Shown in pieces: positions 35,337-45,988 of a stretch of DNA of 64,000 nt. The stretch is taken from assembly GCA_046317875.1 (NCBI GenBank), contig JBKCVN010000025.1, positions 15,879 through 79,878 on the forward strand, in the 5' to 3' direction. The notes below the pieces were generated by a model. That model was not told the origin of the DNA, did not search any database, and worked only from the letters and a program-made list of their open reading frames with translations. Source of the stretch: Alphaproteobacteria bacterium. Its GTDB lineage: Bacteria; Pseudomonadota; Alphaproteobacteria; UBA7879; UBA5542. The stretch's first letter is position 1. Every line of letters begins with the position of its first letter. The translations under genes and the position numbers were made by a program.

Positions 35337-37970
35337 ATGTTAGAAAAAAAGTACGATTCTGCCCAAACTGAAAAGTTTTTTTATGATTTATGGGAGCGTT
35401 CGGGGTGTTTTAAATCCCAATCGAAAGGGTCTCCCTATACCATCATTATGCCCCCTGCAAATGTTACAGGAAGTTTGCATTTAGGCCATGCTTTAACCTT
35501 TACCCTACAGGATATCTTAATTCGATTCCATCGACTGAAGGGGAAAGATGTCTTGTGGCAAGCAGGCACAGACCATGCGGGGATTGCGACCCAAATGGTG
35601 GTTGAGCGTCAGCTGGGTGAACAAGGTGTGACCCGACAAGAGCTGGGCCGTGAGAAATTTCTAGAAGAAGTGTGGAAATGGAAAGAACAATCGGGGGGCG
35701 CCATTATTTCACAACTGAAGCGATTGGGTGCCAGTGCAGATTGGTCGCGAGAACGCTTTACCATGGACGATCACGCGAACCACTGTGTAAAAAACGCCTT
35801 CATTCAACTGTATGAAGATGGCTTGATCTATCGTGATAAACGGTTGGTGAATTGGGATGCCAAATACCAAACGGCCATTTCTGATTTGGAAGTGGTTCAA
35901 AAGGAACAAAAAGGTAAAATGTACTATTTGCGTTATCCGTTGGAAACCACAGAAGGCCATATTGTGGTGGCAACGACCCGGCCTGAAACTTTCTTTGGGG
36001 ATGTGGCCGTCGCGGTTCACCCCCAGGACGAACGATATAGTTCTTTGATTGGTCAGCGTATCGGGCTGCCCTTAACCCATAGAAGCATACCGGTTGTTGG
36101 GGATGAGTATTGTGATCCCACAAAAGGTACCGGAGCCGTTAAAATTACACCAGCCCATGACTTTAATGATTTTGAAGTGGGTCAACGTCATCAATTGAAA
36201 GGGATCTCAGTTCTGGATGTTCATAACCGCCTAAAGGGTGAAGGGGTCCCCAGCGACTATGAGGGGCTGTCGGTTTCCGAAGCCCGTACAAAGGTTGTGG
36301 CTTTTTTTGAAGAGCAAGGATTGTTGGAAAAAATAGACGAAGTGGTTCATGTGGTTCCCCATGGGGACCGTTCTGATATGGTAATTGAGCCCCGTTTAAC
36401 GGACCAGTGGTATGTGGATGCGGCGACCCTTTCCAAAAAAGCTATTGCAGCGGTAGAAATGGGCGAAATGGTATTTTTCCCAGAACAATGGACCAAAGTT
36501 TACTTTGAGTGGCTGAATAATATCCAGCCCTGGTGTATTTCCCGTCAAATTTGGTGGGGGCATTCCATTCCAGCCTGGTATGGGCCCGATGGCCAAGTTT
36601 TTGTGGCAAGTACCCTGGATGAAGCCCAAGTTCAAGCCCAGAAGATATACGGTCACCCTGTTGATCTGGTACCCGATCCCGATGTTCTGGATACTTGGTT
36701 TTCTTCTGGTTTATGGCCCGTCATAACCCTGGAAGGATTTGAAAATCATGCTGATTTTCAAAAATATTACCCCACTAATGTATTGGTGACGGGGTTTGAT
36801 ATTTTATTTTTCTGGGTGGCGAGAATGATGATGTTGGGTCTTTATTTTACCCATCAAGTTCCTTTCCGACATGTATATATGCATGCCCTAGTGCGGGATG
36901 CCAAGGGCCAGAAAATGTCTAAATCTAAAGGGAATGTGATAGATCCTTTGTATTTAATAGACAACTATGGGGCAGATGCTTTGCGGTTTACTTTGGCTTC
37001 GTTGGCGGCGCCTGGGCGTGACATTAAATTGGGAGAACCCCAGGTAGAGGCTTCCCGCAATTTTATAACTAAGTTCTGGAATGCGGCCCGCTATGCCTTT
37101 ATGAATGGGGCCCAGTGGAATGCTCAATTTAAGCCCCAGGAATGCGCATCAAGCCTGAACCAATGGGTGGTGGCTGAAACAGCCCTGTGCATCAAGAACG
37201 TAGAGACCTCCCTTGACAACTATCGATTCCATGAAGCGTCTCAGTCCATTTATCAGTTTTTGTGGGGGACTTTGTGCGATTGGTACCTAGAGCTAACCAA
37301 GCCCGTGTTACTGGGAACGGACGAAGAGGCTAAAACAGAAATTCAACATACTTTGGGTTGGGTCATTGGACAATTGTGTCACGTGATGCATCCCATAATG
37401 CCCTTTGTAACGGAGGAAATTTGGAAGGCCGTAGGGGGAGACGGATTATTGATAGGAGCCGCATGGCCTAAAATTGATTCATTTTCCTTTGAGCCGGCTC
37501 AGAAAGAAACCAATTGGATTATTGATGTTATTTCTGCCTTTCGATCTTTAAGAAACGAGCTGGGAATTGAACCCGGATTTTCATTAAAGGTGTCTACTGA
37601 TTCGCTATCTGCAGAAGCGGTTCAAAGTCTTCAATCCTATAAACCCATCCTAGAAAGAATGGGGCGCTTAGAGATTGCAACCGATCGTCTATCAGGTAAA
37701 ACCATCGATGTGGTGGTGGGTCTTGAATCTTTTCAAGTAGAAGTACTGGGAGCATTTGATCCCCAACAGGAAATGGCACGGTTACAGAAAGAATGTGAAA
37801 AGATAGAATCGGAGTTATCTAAGGTGGAAAAGAAGCTTTCTGATTCTATGATCTTAGCTAAAGCGCCCCAAGAGATTATCGATGAATTGAATGACCGGAA
37901 GGAATCCTTCAGATCAAAACAAGAAAAGTATCAACAATCTCTTGGGAAAATAAAAAGGCTTTTAGAATAA
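35337..37970 (+). CDS. valS: Valine--tRNA ligase
   Basis: HIGH-type PPANVTGSLHLGHA, KMSKS, CP1 editing domain, C-terminal coiled coil; 877 aa. Confidence 0.95.
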   Translation: MLEKKYDSAQTEKFFYDLWERSGCFKSQSKGSPYTIIMPPANVTGSLHLGHALTFTLQDILIRFHRLKGKDVLWQAGTDHAGIATQMVVERQLGEQGVTRQELGREKFLEEVWKWKEQSGGAIISQLKRLGASADWSRERFTMDDHANHCVKNAFIQLYEDGLIYRDKRLVNWDAKYQTAISDLEVVQKEQKGKMYYLRYPLETTEGHIVVATTRPETFFGDVAVAVHPQDERYSSLIGQRIGLPLTHRSIPVVGDEYCDPTKGTGAVKITPAHDFNDFEVGQRHQLKGISVLDVHNRLKGEGVPSDYEGLSVSEARTKVVAFFEEQGLLEKIDEVVHVVPHGDRSDMVIEPRLTDQWYVDAATLSKKAIAAVEMGEMVFFPEQWTKVYFEWLNNIQPWCISRQIWWGHSIPAWYGPDGQVFVASTLDEAQVQAQKIYGHPVDLVPDPDVLDTWFSSGLWPVITLEGFENHADFQKYYPTNVLVTGFDILFFWVARMMMLGLYFTHQVPFRHVYMHALVRDAKGQKMSKSKGNVIDPLYLIDNYGADALRFTLASLAAPGRDIKLGEPQVEASRNFITKFWNAARYAFMNGAQWNAQFKPQECASSLNQWVVAETALCIKNVETSLDNYRFHEASQSIYQFLWGTLCDWYLELTKPVLLGTDEEAKTEIQHTLGWVIGQLCHVMHPIMPFVTEEIWKAVGGDGLLIGAAWPKIDSFSFEPAQKETNWIIDVISAFRSLRNELGIEPGFSLKVSTDSLSAEAVQSLQSYKPILERMGRLEIATDRLSGKTIDVVVGLESFQVEVLGAFDPQQEMARLQKECEKIESELSKVEKKLSDSMILAKAPQEIIDELNDRKESFRSKQEKYQQSLGKIKRLLE

Positions 37971-38023
37971 TATTTTAAAATAAGGGAGAACTTTTAATAA
38001 AAAGCAGCTTCCCTATATTTTAA

Positions 38024-38197
38024 TTATTCTTTGCTTTCTTCAGTTTTTTCTTCTGTAGTAGTCGTTTCAGTAACGGTACTGTCAGGAGCAGTTGTTTCAG
38101 TTGTAGTAGTTTCAACTGTTGTTTCTTCTTTTTTCTTATCGCAGTTTGCAAGTACGAAAAGAAGAGCAAGTGCTGTCATTGATAGAATAGTTTTCAA
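38024..38197 (-). CDS. Small Thr/Glu-rich lipoprotein (57 aa; below the ORF-track size cutoff)
   Basis: Minus strand: GGAGA, 6 nt, then TTG AAA ACT ... = (M)KTILSMTALALLFVLANC|DKKKEETTVETTTTETTAPDSTVTETTTTEEKTEESKE*. A Lys-containing n-region, a hydrophobic core and a lipobox-like LANC. An alternative ATG lies 6 codons in. Confidence 0.5.
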   Translation of the reverse strand: MKTILSMTALALLFVLANCDKKKEETTVETTTTETTAPDSTVTETTTTEEKTEESKE

Positions 38198-38266
38198 TTT
38201 ATGTCTCCATATAATTAATTATCTTTATAACCTTTATCATATTTTTTTTCTTTAATATAGAGGGAA

Positions 38267-39811
38267 CTATAGGTCTTTAGAAAATTTTTTAAAGTACGAG
38301 GGTCGGAAGATCCCTACCCAGGCGGCAGATAAAAGGTAAAACCCAATGCCTGGGCCAAGAATAGCTGGAAGAAGAATCCAAGAAGAGGATGTGATTTTTT
38401 GAAGCCAAGTGTTTAAATAGGGGCATAAGCCCATAATATATATTAATAAAACGGCTACAGGGAGACTCAGTTTTTGAATATAAGTGCAAAAACTAGCATT
38501 AAAGAAGAACAATTTCTTTTTTCTGAGAAAATAGATTAATAGGCCCGTTTGAACCCAGGCCGAGAGGCTGGTGGAAAAGGCGAGCCCCACATATTCATAA
38601 GGAGTAATCAATAACAAATTCAGTGTGACATTGAGGCCTACGCCAATGGCCCCCACAATCATGGGGGTTCGGGTGTCTCCACTGGAAAAAAAGCACGTGC
38701 TGAATAGCTTGATTAAAATATAGGCGGGTAAACCAGAGGCCAGGGCAGTGAGGGTCGATGCGGTGGGCAAAATATCACTTTGGCTAAAGGCCCCATGGGC
38801 ATACAAATTCTTTACCAAAAAAGGAGCAAACAGCATCAAGCTGAGAGTTGCAGGAATGGAAAGGGTGAGGGCGCTTTCTAAAGCCAGCGTTTGCAAAGTT
38901 TTAGCATTCTCCCAATTTTGGGTGCGGATATATTTGGAAAGGGTGGGAAGCAGAACCGTGCTTAGGGCAATCCCAATCACACTAAGGGGAAGTTGGGCCA
39001 GGCGGTCTGCATAGCTCATGTAGGAAATACCCCCTACCTTTAAGTAGGACGCAATCATAATATCTAAGAATAGGTTGATTTGAACCACACTGGAACCCAG
39101 GGCGGCAGGGACCAATGTTTTAAAAAATTGGCGCACTTGGGGGGTAAGTTTTGGCTTGGCAGGGAATACGGAAATTTTAGAAAGATGACAGGGAATGAAA
39201 ACCCATAAAAACTGAATCACCCCACACCCCAGAATACCCCACGCCAGTGCATATCCTGGGGAATGGAGTGTAGGGCTTAGGTATAAAAGAGCACCAATAA
39301 TAAAGATGTTTCCGGCGGCGGGTGATGCTGCTGCAGCCACAAACCGTTCGAAAGAATTCAAGATTCCACTGAAGAAAGCCGTAAGGGAAATAAAAAACAG
39401 AAAAGGAAACGTAATTTGGGAAAAACTAATGGTCAGGGCCAACCGATCTGGCGTATTGACCAAGCCCCTGAAAAATAATGGAATGAGATCTGGTAAAAAG
39501 AACTCTATGACTAAAATCAGGGCTGCTAGTGTGATGCCTAGGAACGAGAAAATATGTTGGGCAAAGTTAAGGGCCGCTGATTTTCCGTCCTTTGCGAGGA
39601 TTGATGAAAACATGGGCACAAAAGACACGTTGAAAGCACCTTCTGCAAAAATGCGTCTGAATAAGCTGGGGATTTTGATGGCAATACCAAGGGCATCGCT
39701 TACGATATTCACGCCAATGTAGTGCGCTTGAAGCGTTTCGCGAACAAAACCAGTTATACGGCTTAAGATAGTAAAACCGCTAACGGAAAGGAAAGACTTA
39801 ATAAGTTTCAT
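38267..39811 (-). CDS. murJ: Lipid II flippase MurJ
   Basis: MKLIKSFLSVSGFTILSRITGFVRE...FAEGAFNVSFVPMFS; ~14 TM segments. I prefer the ATG at 39811 to the ORF-track start at 39853. Confidence 0.9.
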   Translation of the reverse strand: MKLIKSFLSVSGFTILSRITGFVRETLQAHYIGVNIVSDALGIAIKIPSLFRRIFAEGAFNVSFVPMFSSILAKDGKSAALNFAQHIFSFLGITLAALILVIEFFLPDLIPLFFRGLVNTPDRLALTISFSQITFPFLFFISLTAFFSGILNSFERFVAAAASPAAGNIFIIGALLYLSPTLHSPGYALAWGILGCGVIQFLWVFIPCHLSKISVFPAKPKLTPQVRQFFKTLVPAALGSSVVQINLFLDIMIASYLKVGGISYMSYADRLAQLPLSVIGIALSTVLLPTLSKYIRTQNWENAKTLQTLALESALTLSIPATLSLMLFAPFLVKNLYAHGAFSQSDILPTASTLTALASGLPAYILIKLFSTCFFSSGDTRTPMIVGAIGVGLNVTLNLLLITPYEYVGLAFSTSLSAWVQTGLLIYFLRKKKLFFFNASFCTYIQKLSLPVAVLLIYIMGLCPYLNTWLQKITSSSWILLPAILGPGIGFYLLSAAWVGIFRPSYFKKFSKDL

Positions 39812-39925
39812 ATGTCCCTTATCTTTTTCGGCTGATACTAAGGAGGCCCACATAAAAAGGCAAGAAAAATAACCCTATAATAAACTTCCAGATGGTAAAC
39901 AAGGAATAAATATAGAAAGATAGAA

Positions 39926-40711
39926 TTAGCTTTTCAGTAATTCGCACCAAATAGGAGCATGGTCTGAGGGGCGTTCCTTGCCCCGAAGGTCTTTATCGAT
40001 TCCCAAAGCCTTAAGAGAATCTTTGGCAGCTGAAGATATTAACAAATGGTCAATTCTTAACCCCCAATTTCGATGCCAAGATCCACTGCGATAATCCCAC
40101 CACGTATACCAGTCTTTGTTATTTGTTTCATGTTCGGGATACAGCACACGAACCGCATCGTAAAACCCCAGGTCTAATATTTTTTGAAAGCTTGCACGCT
40201 CGGGCTCACTGACAAGCACATCCCCAATCCACTTCTCAGGTTCGTAGACATCCGCATCGGTGGGGGCCACATTATAGTCCCCCCCCACAATTATTTTTTC
40301 CTTAAAACTAAGAAGTTGGGCTAAATGCTGTTGCAGATGATGGTAAAAGGAAAGTTTATAATTATATTTATCCGAGCCCACGGTACTTCCGTTCGGGGCA
40401 TATACAGAGGCCACACGGATGCCGCCTGTAAAGGCTTCGATATAACGGGCCTGAGGATTCTGAAAATTCGGCAAGTTGTATTGAATATCTTCCAAGGGAA
40501 ATTTTGAAAGAATTGCCACACCATTAAATGTCTTTTGTCCATGAATAGCTAGGTTGTATCCTAAATCTTCCATGACATCGACCGGAAAGGTATCATTTGT
40601 GGATTTGGTTTCTTGTAAAAGAATAATATCGGGCGATGTTTCTTTTGCCCAATCTATGAAGAGGGGGAGTCTAGCTTTAATCGAGTTTACATTCCAGCTT
40701 GCAATTTTCAT
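39926..40711 (-). CDS. xthA: Exodeoxyribonuclease III
   Basis: MKIASWNVNSIKARL...ILLQETK...SDHAPIW. The start ATG overlaps the erpA stop (ATGA). Confidence 0.9.
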   Translation of the reverse strand: MKIASWNVNSIKARLPLFIDWAKETSPDIILLQETKSTNDTFPVDVMEDLGYNLAIHGQKTFNGVAILSKFPLEDIQYNLPNFQNPQARYIEAFTGGIRVASVYAPNGSTVGSDKYNYKLSFYHHLQQHLAQLLSFKEKIIVGGDYNVAPTDADVYEPEKWIGDVLVSEPERASFQKILDLGFYDAVRVLYPEHETNNKDWYTWWDYRSGSWHRNWGLRIDHLLISSAAKDSLKALGIDKDLRGKERPSDHAPIWCELLKS

Positions 40712-41031
40712 ACGGCGAACGAACTTCCACATCCGCAAGATTTTGCGGCATTAGGGTTCACTATTTTGAAATAGGAGCCAATAAGTTCTTGCTCATACAC
40801 AAGGGAAGCGTTTTCTAAAAAGGGATAGGAAACTGAATCAATTACAACTTTGGCTCCCTGATTTTCAATCACAATATCATCAGGTGTGATGTGGGTTTCT
40901 AGATCAAATTTATATTGTAAGCCCGAGCAACCGCCAGATAAGACAGAAATACGTAAAAATTGATGGGTACTTTCCTGAGTTAACAGAAGCTGACTTACGG
41001 CTGATTCAGAAAGAGTGAAAGAGGGTGTCAT
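40708..41031 (-). CDS. erpA: Iron-sulfur cluster insertion protein (IscA/ErpA/HesB family)
   Basis: ...GGCSGLQYKF...NPNAAKSCGCGSSF; 107 aa. Confidence 0.85.
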   Translation of the reverse strand: MTPSFTLSESAVSQLLLTQESTHQFLRISVLSGGCSGLQYKFDLETHITPDDIVIENQGAKVVIDSVSYPFLENASLVYEQELIGSYFKIVNPNAAKSCGCGSSFAV

Positions 41032-41153
41032 TGAAAATCCTTATACACAACACCTAAATAACTTTAAAACAAAAGTCAAATATTCAGAAATGTACGGGGA
41101 TGTTCTTGACGGACGAATTCCGTTTCGCGCATTATACAGAAGGAGAGAATAAA

Positions 41154-41855
41154 ATGACTCATAACCCTTGGCATAATAGCGATTTCAGCCCCCCAGCAAA
41201 AACACGATGGTGGTCATCACGGCTGATGTTGATTTTATTGCTAGCCATTGTAGTTTTTGTGGGCTTAATTATTTTTTGGAATATGATTATTTCCCATACG
41301 GACGACCTGGAAGAGGGGAATATTCCTGTGATTGCGGCTGAAACTTTAACCATTAAAGAACGTCCCCAGGCCCCCGTTATAGAAGAAGGGGATTCGGTGT
41401 ATGGTCTTATTTCAAAAGAAAAATCAAAATCTACCTCGCTTAAAACTGATGTGGAAGAGCCAGTGTACGAGTCTAGCTTTCAAACCGAAACAGAGCCTAT
41501 GGAAGCCCCAACCCAAGTGCGCAATCCAAAAGCAGAAGTGATTGCTATTAATCAGCCTTCCTTGCCTGCATCCGCTTCTGTTGCACCCCTTAAAATTAAA
41601 CCAGAAAAAATGGGCATTTTTGCTGTTCAAGTGGGTTCTTTTCCCTCGAAAGACGAAGCCCTGAAGGAAACCCAGCGGTTAAAAAAGAAGCATAAAACCC
41701 TGGCCCAACATATAATTAAACTTGTTCCCAAAGACATTGAAGGCAAAGGCACTTATTACCGTCTTTATGTAGGAGACTTTTCAAATAAAGAAGAAGCTTC
41801 TAAGGTTTGTAAAGAGCTTACTCAGCAGGGAACAGCTTGTATGATTGCAGGCTAG
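41154..41855 (+). CDS. SPOR domain-containing membrane protein
   Basis: AGGAGA RBS before the ATG at 41154. One TM. C-terminal SPOR domain (GIFAVQVGSFPSKDEALKETQRLKKK...YYRLYVGDFSNKEEASKVCKEL). Confidence 0.75.
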   Translation: MTHNPWHNSDFSPPAKTRWWSSRLMLILLLAIVVFVGLIIFWNMIISHTDDLEEGNIPVIAAETLTIKERPQAPVIEEGDSVYGLISKEKSKSTSLKTDVEEPVYESSFQTETEPMEAPTQVRNPKAEVIAINQPSLPASASVAPLKIKPEKMGIFAVQVGSFPSKDEALKETQRLKKKHKTLAQHIIKLVPKDIEGKGTYYRLYVGDFSNKEEASKVCKELTQQGTACMIAG

Positions 41856-41962
41856 TTTTTAATTGAATTTTTTGTAGACTTTGTTTTATATTACAAAGAC
41901 AAACCTTGTGTCACGCTAATTGGTGTCTTCGGTAATCTAACCAATAATATGAGGGAGAAAGA

Positions 41963-42958
41963 ATGCTTTTTCTTTTCCTGTTAAAAAATAATATCCCTAT
42001 TTTTGCGGCAGTCCTGTTCGGGTACTTTTGTTCCTATTTCCATATTTTGGGAAAACGGGCCACATCGGTTTTAACAGACTTTGTATTTTTCGTGGCACTG
42101 CCTTGCATGGTGCTGTATCAGTTTTCCAGGCATTCTATCGATAAAATTTTCAATGGGTCCTATATGACGGTTATTGCCATTGCCAGCCTAATCTTGGCGG
42201 CCATAGGCGCTTTTTTTGGAAGAAAAATATTTAAGCAAAAGCTATCTGAGACAGCCTTGACCCTTATGTCAACGGGTCAGGTTAATACCGCTTATTTGGC
42301 TATTCCTATTTTCTTGTTGTTCTTCAAAACTGTGGCCCCCGTCGTGATGGTCAGTGTTTTTCAGCAATTGGTGATTTCATCGTTGGTATTGGGCTTAATC
42401 GAGTTTGATCTTTACAAGTCTTCTAAAAAGCAAGGATTTACCCGATTAGTATTTTTGAAGGAACTGCCTAAAGCATTGATGAAAACCCCCATCATTCCTG
42501 CCTCGTTGGTGGGCCTGGTTTTCTCGTACTGTCACTGGTCCTTTCCGTCCCCCGTTTCCTATTTCTTTGATTTGATGGGAACGTCCGCGGCTCCGCTTTC
42601 TTTGTTTGTGTTGGGTCTTTCTTTGCAACAGGATAAAATTACTTTCCGGGATGGCAATTTCCGTCAGCAAATTTTTACCCTGTTGTTCTTAAAAAACATT
42701 TTTCACCCTTTGTTGGCGTTCTGCCTTGGTAAATTTGTTTTCAACCTTAGCCCTTTTTGGTTGGTGGCGGCGTCTTTGATGGCGGCCATGCCAACGGCCC
42801 GGAACTGTGCCTTGTTTGCCCAACGATATGGATTGGATGTTCAGCGCTCGAATACATTGATTGTCTTATCAACTTTGCTTTCATTTGTGATTATTAATTT
42901 GATTTTATATGTTTTGGGCGATTTGTCAGTGTTTACGGCTAAAACCAGCTTGATCTAA
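41963..42958 (+). CDS. AEC (auxin efflux carrier) family transporter
   Basis: ~10 TM segments, N-terminus ...IPIFAAVLFGYF...VLTDFVFFVALPCMVL, two-lobed organisation typical of PF03547. Confidence 0.6.
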   Translation: MLFLFLLKNNIPIFAAVLFGYFCSYFHILGKRATSVLTDFVFFVALPCMVLYQFSRHSIDKIFNGSYMTVIAIASLILAAIGAFFGRKIFKQKLSETALTLMSTGQVNTAYLAIPIFLLFFKTVAPVVMVSVFQQLVISSLVLGLIEFDLYKSSKKQGFTRLVFLKELPKALMKTPIIPASLVGLVFSYCHWSFPSPVSYFFDLMGTSAAPLSLFVLGLSLQQDKITFRDGNFRQQIFTLLFLKNIFHPLLAFCLGKFVFNLSPFWLVAASLMAAMPTARNCALFAQRYGLDVQRSNTLIVLSTLLSFVIINLILYVLGDLSVFTAKTSLI

Positions 42959-44191
42959 AAGGGTCTCGAATAGTCGGTGCCAGTTTAGCTGGGCCCCCAG
43001 CTTTATAAAAGCACTGCCCATACCTACTGCCACGCGGTGCATTAACACAAACTCTCGGGGAATTTCTAGGGCACCTTGTTGTTTAAAAGAAGTTAAGACC
43101 TCCCGGCCCATTTGTTTGATATCCTCAGTGTTATAACGATCAGCAAGAGAAATACTTTTATCTTCCAATAAAGGACCATAGAACAGACCGGCCCAAGAAG
43201 TTAGGGAATCGATGGTTTTTAAATTTAAATTTTTAAATCCCCATCCTTCATAGGCACAAACCAAAAGGTCTTTATTATTGTTTTGGAGGCCGTTATAAAG
43301 AGTATAAACCGCCTTAATAAATGAGGGGGGAAATTCTCGGACACATCCAAAATCCAGCAGAGACACATGGCCTTCTTTAGAAAATAAATAATTACCCGCA
43401 TGGGGGTCTCCATGAAGATACCCGTGTCTATAAAAGGGATGGTACCAAGCAAAAAATAAATTATGGGCGGCTGTATTTTTGATCGATTGTGACATTGTGC
43501 ATATCCCATCTAAAGAATCACCCTTTAAATAGGACATGGTAAGTAGTCTATCGGTTGAGAGGGGAGAGATCACCCTTGGGACAATGACCGTATCAAACGA
43601 GCTAAAAATATTTTGAAAGATTTGAATATGTTTGGCTTCTTCGTGATAAGAAATTTCCTTATAAAGATGGGATTTAATTTCTTCCAAGAATTGATCCAGA
43701 TCCAGTCCATGGGGTCTGGTTTCATACAAAGATTTGAGTATATTAAACTGTTTTAGGTCAGCCTCGATTATACCCGCCATATTGGGATACTGTAGCTTAC
43801 AAGCCAGGAGCTGTTGGTCTAGGCTGATCGCCCGATGAACTTGACCGATAGACGCGGCGGCAAAAGGGTGGTAATCAAAGTGTGAAAAGCAGTCTTCCCA
43901 ATAAGGGCCCAATTCTCCTTTCATACGCCTTTTTACGAACAAAGGGCCCATGGGGGGTGCTTGGGCATTCAAAGACAAAAGAGCTTGTTCGTATACGGGG
44001 GGTATTAGGCCCGGAACCATGGCTAGTAATTGTCCAATTTTCATCAGAGGGCCTTTTAGTTGGCCCAAACGATGGGAAAGGTCCTGTGCGGATATATCAT
44101 TGGACAGTAAATATTTGGTGGCCAGAGACACTAAGGTCGTGGAACTGTGAGAGTATCTCTTAACCCGTTCAAGGGGTGTATTTTTATCCAT
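42926..44191 (-). CDS. ABC1/UbiB-family atypical kinase
   Basis: PLMKIGQLL, FAAASIGQVHRA, HGDPHAGNYLF, LDFG. Confidence 0.8.
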   Translation of the reverse strand: MDKNTPLERVKRYSHSSTTLVSLATKYLLSNDISAQDLSHRLGQLKGPLMKIGQLLAMVPGLIPPVYEQALLSLNAQAPPMGPLFVKRRMKGELGPYWEDCFSHFDYHPFAAASIGQVHRAISLDQQLLACKLQYPNMAGIIEADLKQFNILKSLYETRPHGLDLDQFLEEIKSHLYKEISYHEEAKHIQIFQNIFSSFDTVIVPRVISPLSTDRLLTMSYLKGDSLDGICTMSQSIKNTAAHNLFFAWYHPFYRHGYLHGDPHAGNYLFSKEGHVSLLDFGCVREFPPSFIKAVYTLYNGLQNNNKDLLVCAYEGWGFKNLNLKTIDSLTSWAGLFYGPLLEDKSISLADRYNTEDIKQMGREVLTSFKQQGALEIPREFVLMHRVAVGMGSAFIKLGAQLNWHRLFETLLDQAGFSRKH

Positions 44192-45972
44192 TAGGATAAG
44201 TCTTCAAGCTCGTCAATCCACTCAGATACCAAATCTAAACCTTGGTGCCAAAAATGGGGATCTTTGGCATTCAAACTAAAGGGGCTTAACAACTCGGTAT
44301 GGTGCAATGTTCCCCCTGCTTCCAGCATGGAAAAATACTTTTCTTGGAAAGCTGGTAATTTATTTTGATAGGTTGCGTATAACGAGTTCACCAAACAATT
44401 CCCAAAAGCATAAGCATATACATAAAAGGGCACATGGAAGAAATGGGAGATGTACGTCCAATAATAGGCATAATTATCCTTGAGAACAACAGATGGACCC
44501 AGGCTTTCTTGTTGTGTTTTTAACCATAGATCATTGATCTCTTCTGTAGAGAGCTCTTTGGATTTTCGAATATCATGGAATTCATGTTCAAATTGAGAAA
44601 AAGAAATTTGACGCACAATGCTGTTGAGCATGTCGCCTACTTTGCCCGCCAAAAGAATTTTCTTTTCTTCCTTGGATTTGGCTTGATTTAAAAGTATTTG
44701 AAAGGTGAGCATTTCACCGAAAATGCTGGCTGTTTCCGCCAAAGTCAGGGGGGTATCTGCCATTAAATAGCCCTGTTTCGCAGACAGAACTTGATGAATG
44801 CCATGTCCTAGCTCGTGGGCCAAGGTCATCACATCCCATATTTTCCCCTGATAGTTCTGAAGGATATAGGGGTGGGCCGAGGGAACAGTGGGATGAGAAA
44901 AGGCCCCATTATCTTTGCCGGGGCGGACTTCTGCATCGATCCAGTTTTTATCAAAAAACTCTTTTCCAATGGCCGCCATTTTTGGACAGAATTGGTGATA
45001 GGCCGCGAGTACGATTTCTTGGGCCTCGTCCCACGAATATTTCTTTTGAGTGTCTTGGGGAAGGGGGGCATTCCGATCCCAATAATTTAATTTATCTTTG
45101 CCCAACCATTTGGCTTTTAATTTGTAATATCTATGGCTTAAGGATGGATATTTACTTTGCACGCTTTGTAAAAGTGTTTTCACCACTTCGTCTTCCACAT
45201 TGTTGGCTAAATTGCGGGAAGAAACGGGTCGCGCATACTGGCGCCACTTGTCTTCAATTTGTTTTTCTTTGGCAAGAGTATTTAAAATTAAGGTAAACAA
45301 GGGGGCGCTTTTCTTAAGTCTAGCCCCAAAAGCCTCGGCGGATCGTTGGCGTTCCTCTTCGTTGGCTGAGGTAAAGAAATTCATGATCTGGGCAATGGAA
45401 AGATCTTTGCCTTCATACTGAAAAGTCATGGTGGCAAATGTTTCATCATATAGACGTACCCAATTCCTGGAAGCGGGTAAACTAAGTTCATGGAAAACAT
45501 GTTCCAGATCTTTATTCAGTTGGTGTTTTTTAAAGATACGGACATTCTCAATCCATGGCTTATAACGGGACAGAAGGGGCGATTCACTGTAATAAGATTT
45601 AAGGGTAGAGTCGGCGATTTGATTGAATTCCAGGGTGTAGAAAATCAAAGGTGTGGAAAGGTCCGTAATCTTTTCCTGGATATTCTGATAAAAAGAGGCC
45701 TTTTCTTTATGGGTCATATCTTGGGCAAAAATTAAGGACGCAAAACTGGACAGCCGGCCCATTCTTTCAGATAACGATTCATAGTCTTGGATAGAAAGGG
45801 CCAGTGCCTGGGAATCCAAGGTGGTCACTTTGCTTTCATATTTTTCTACAAAGGTATCAATGCTGGCTTTAAGAGCCGCTAGGTCTTTCTCAATGGCGGG
45901 ATCCTTTACCCCTTTGTATAAATCGTCCAGATTCCATGTGGGTGCTTTTACCTTTAACTTGCCTTTTTCCAT
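44191..45972 (-). CDS. pepF: M3-family oligoendopeptidase F
   Basis: Zn motif TLAHELGHGIH and downstream ETASIFGE; 593 aa. Confidence 0.85.
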   Translation of the reverse strand: MEKGKLKVKAPTWNLDDLYKGVKDPAIEKDLAALKASIDTFVEKYESKVTTLDSQALALSIQDYESLSERMGRLSSFASLIFAQDMTHKEKASFYQNIQEKITDLSTPLIFYTLEFNQIADSTLKSYYSESPLLSRYKPWIENVRIFKKHQLNKDLEHVFHELSLPASRNWVRLYDETFATMTFQYEGKDLSIAQIMNFFTSANEEERQRSAEAFGARLKKSAPLFTLILNTLAKEKQIEDKWRQYARPVSSRNLANNVEDEVVKTLLQSVQSKYPSLSHRYYKLKAKWLGKDKLNYWDRNAPLPQDTQKKYSWDEAQEIVLAAYHQFCPKMAAIGKEFFDKNWIDAEVRPGKDNGAFSHPTVPSAHPYILQNYQGKIWDVMTLAHELGHGIHQVLSAKQGYLMADTPLTLAETASIFGEMLTFQILLNQAKSKEEKKILLAGKVGDMLNSIVRQISFSQFEHEFHDIRKSKELSTEEINDLWLKTQQESLGPSVVLKDNYAYYWTYISHFFHVPFYVYAYAFGNCLVNSLYATYQNKLPAFQEKYFSMLEAGGTLHHTELLSPFSLNAKDPHFWHQGLDLVSEWIDELEDLS

Positions 45973-45988
45973 GATTCCACCTAGCTTT

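Noticed and set aside
38031-38255. 74-aa plus-strand ORF (MLSSVFSSVVVVSVTVLSGAVVSVVVVS...).
   Set aside because: It is a poly-Val/Ser low-complexity translation with no RBS. It is the antisense shadow of the Thr/Glu-rich lipoprotein gene on the minus strand.
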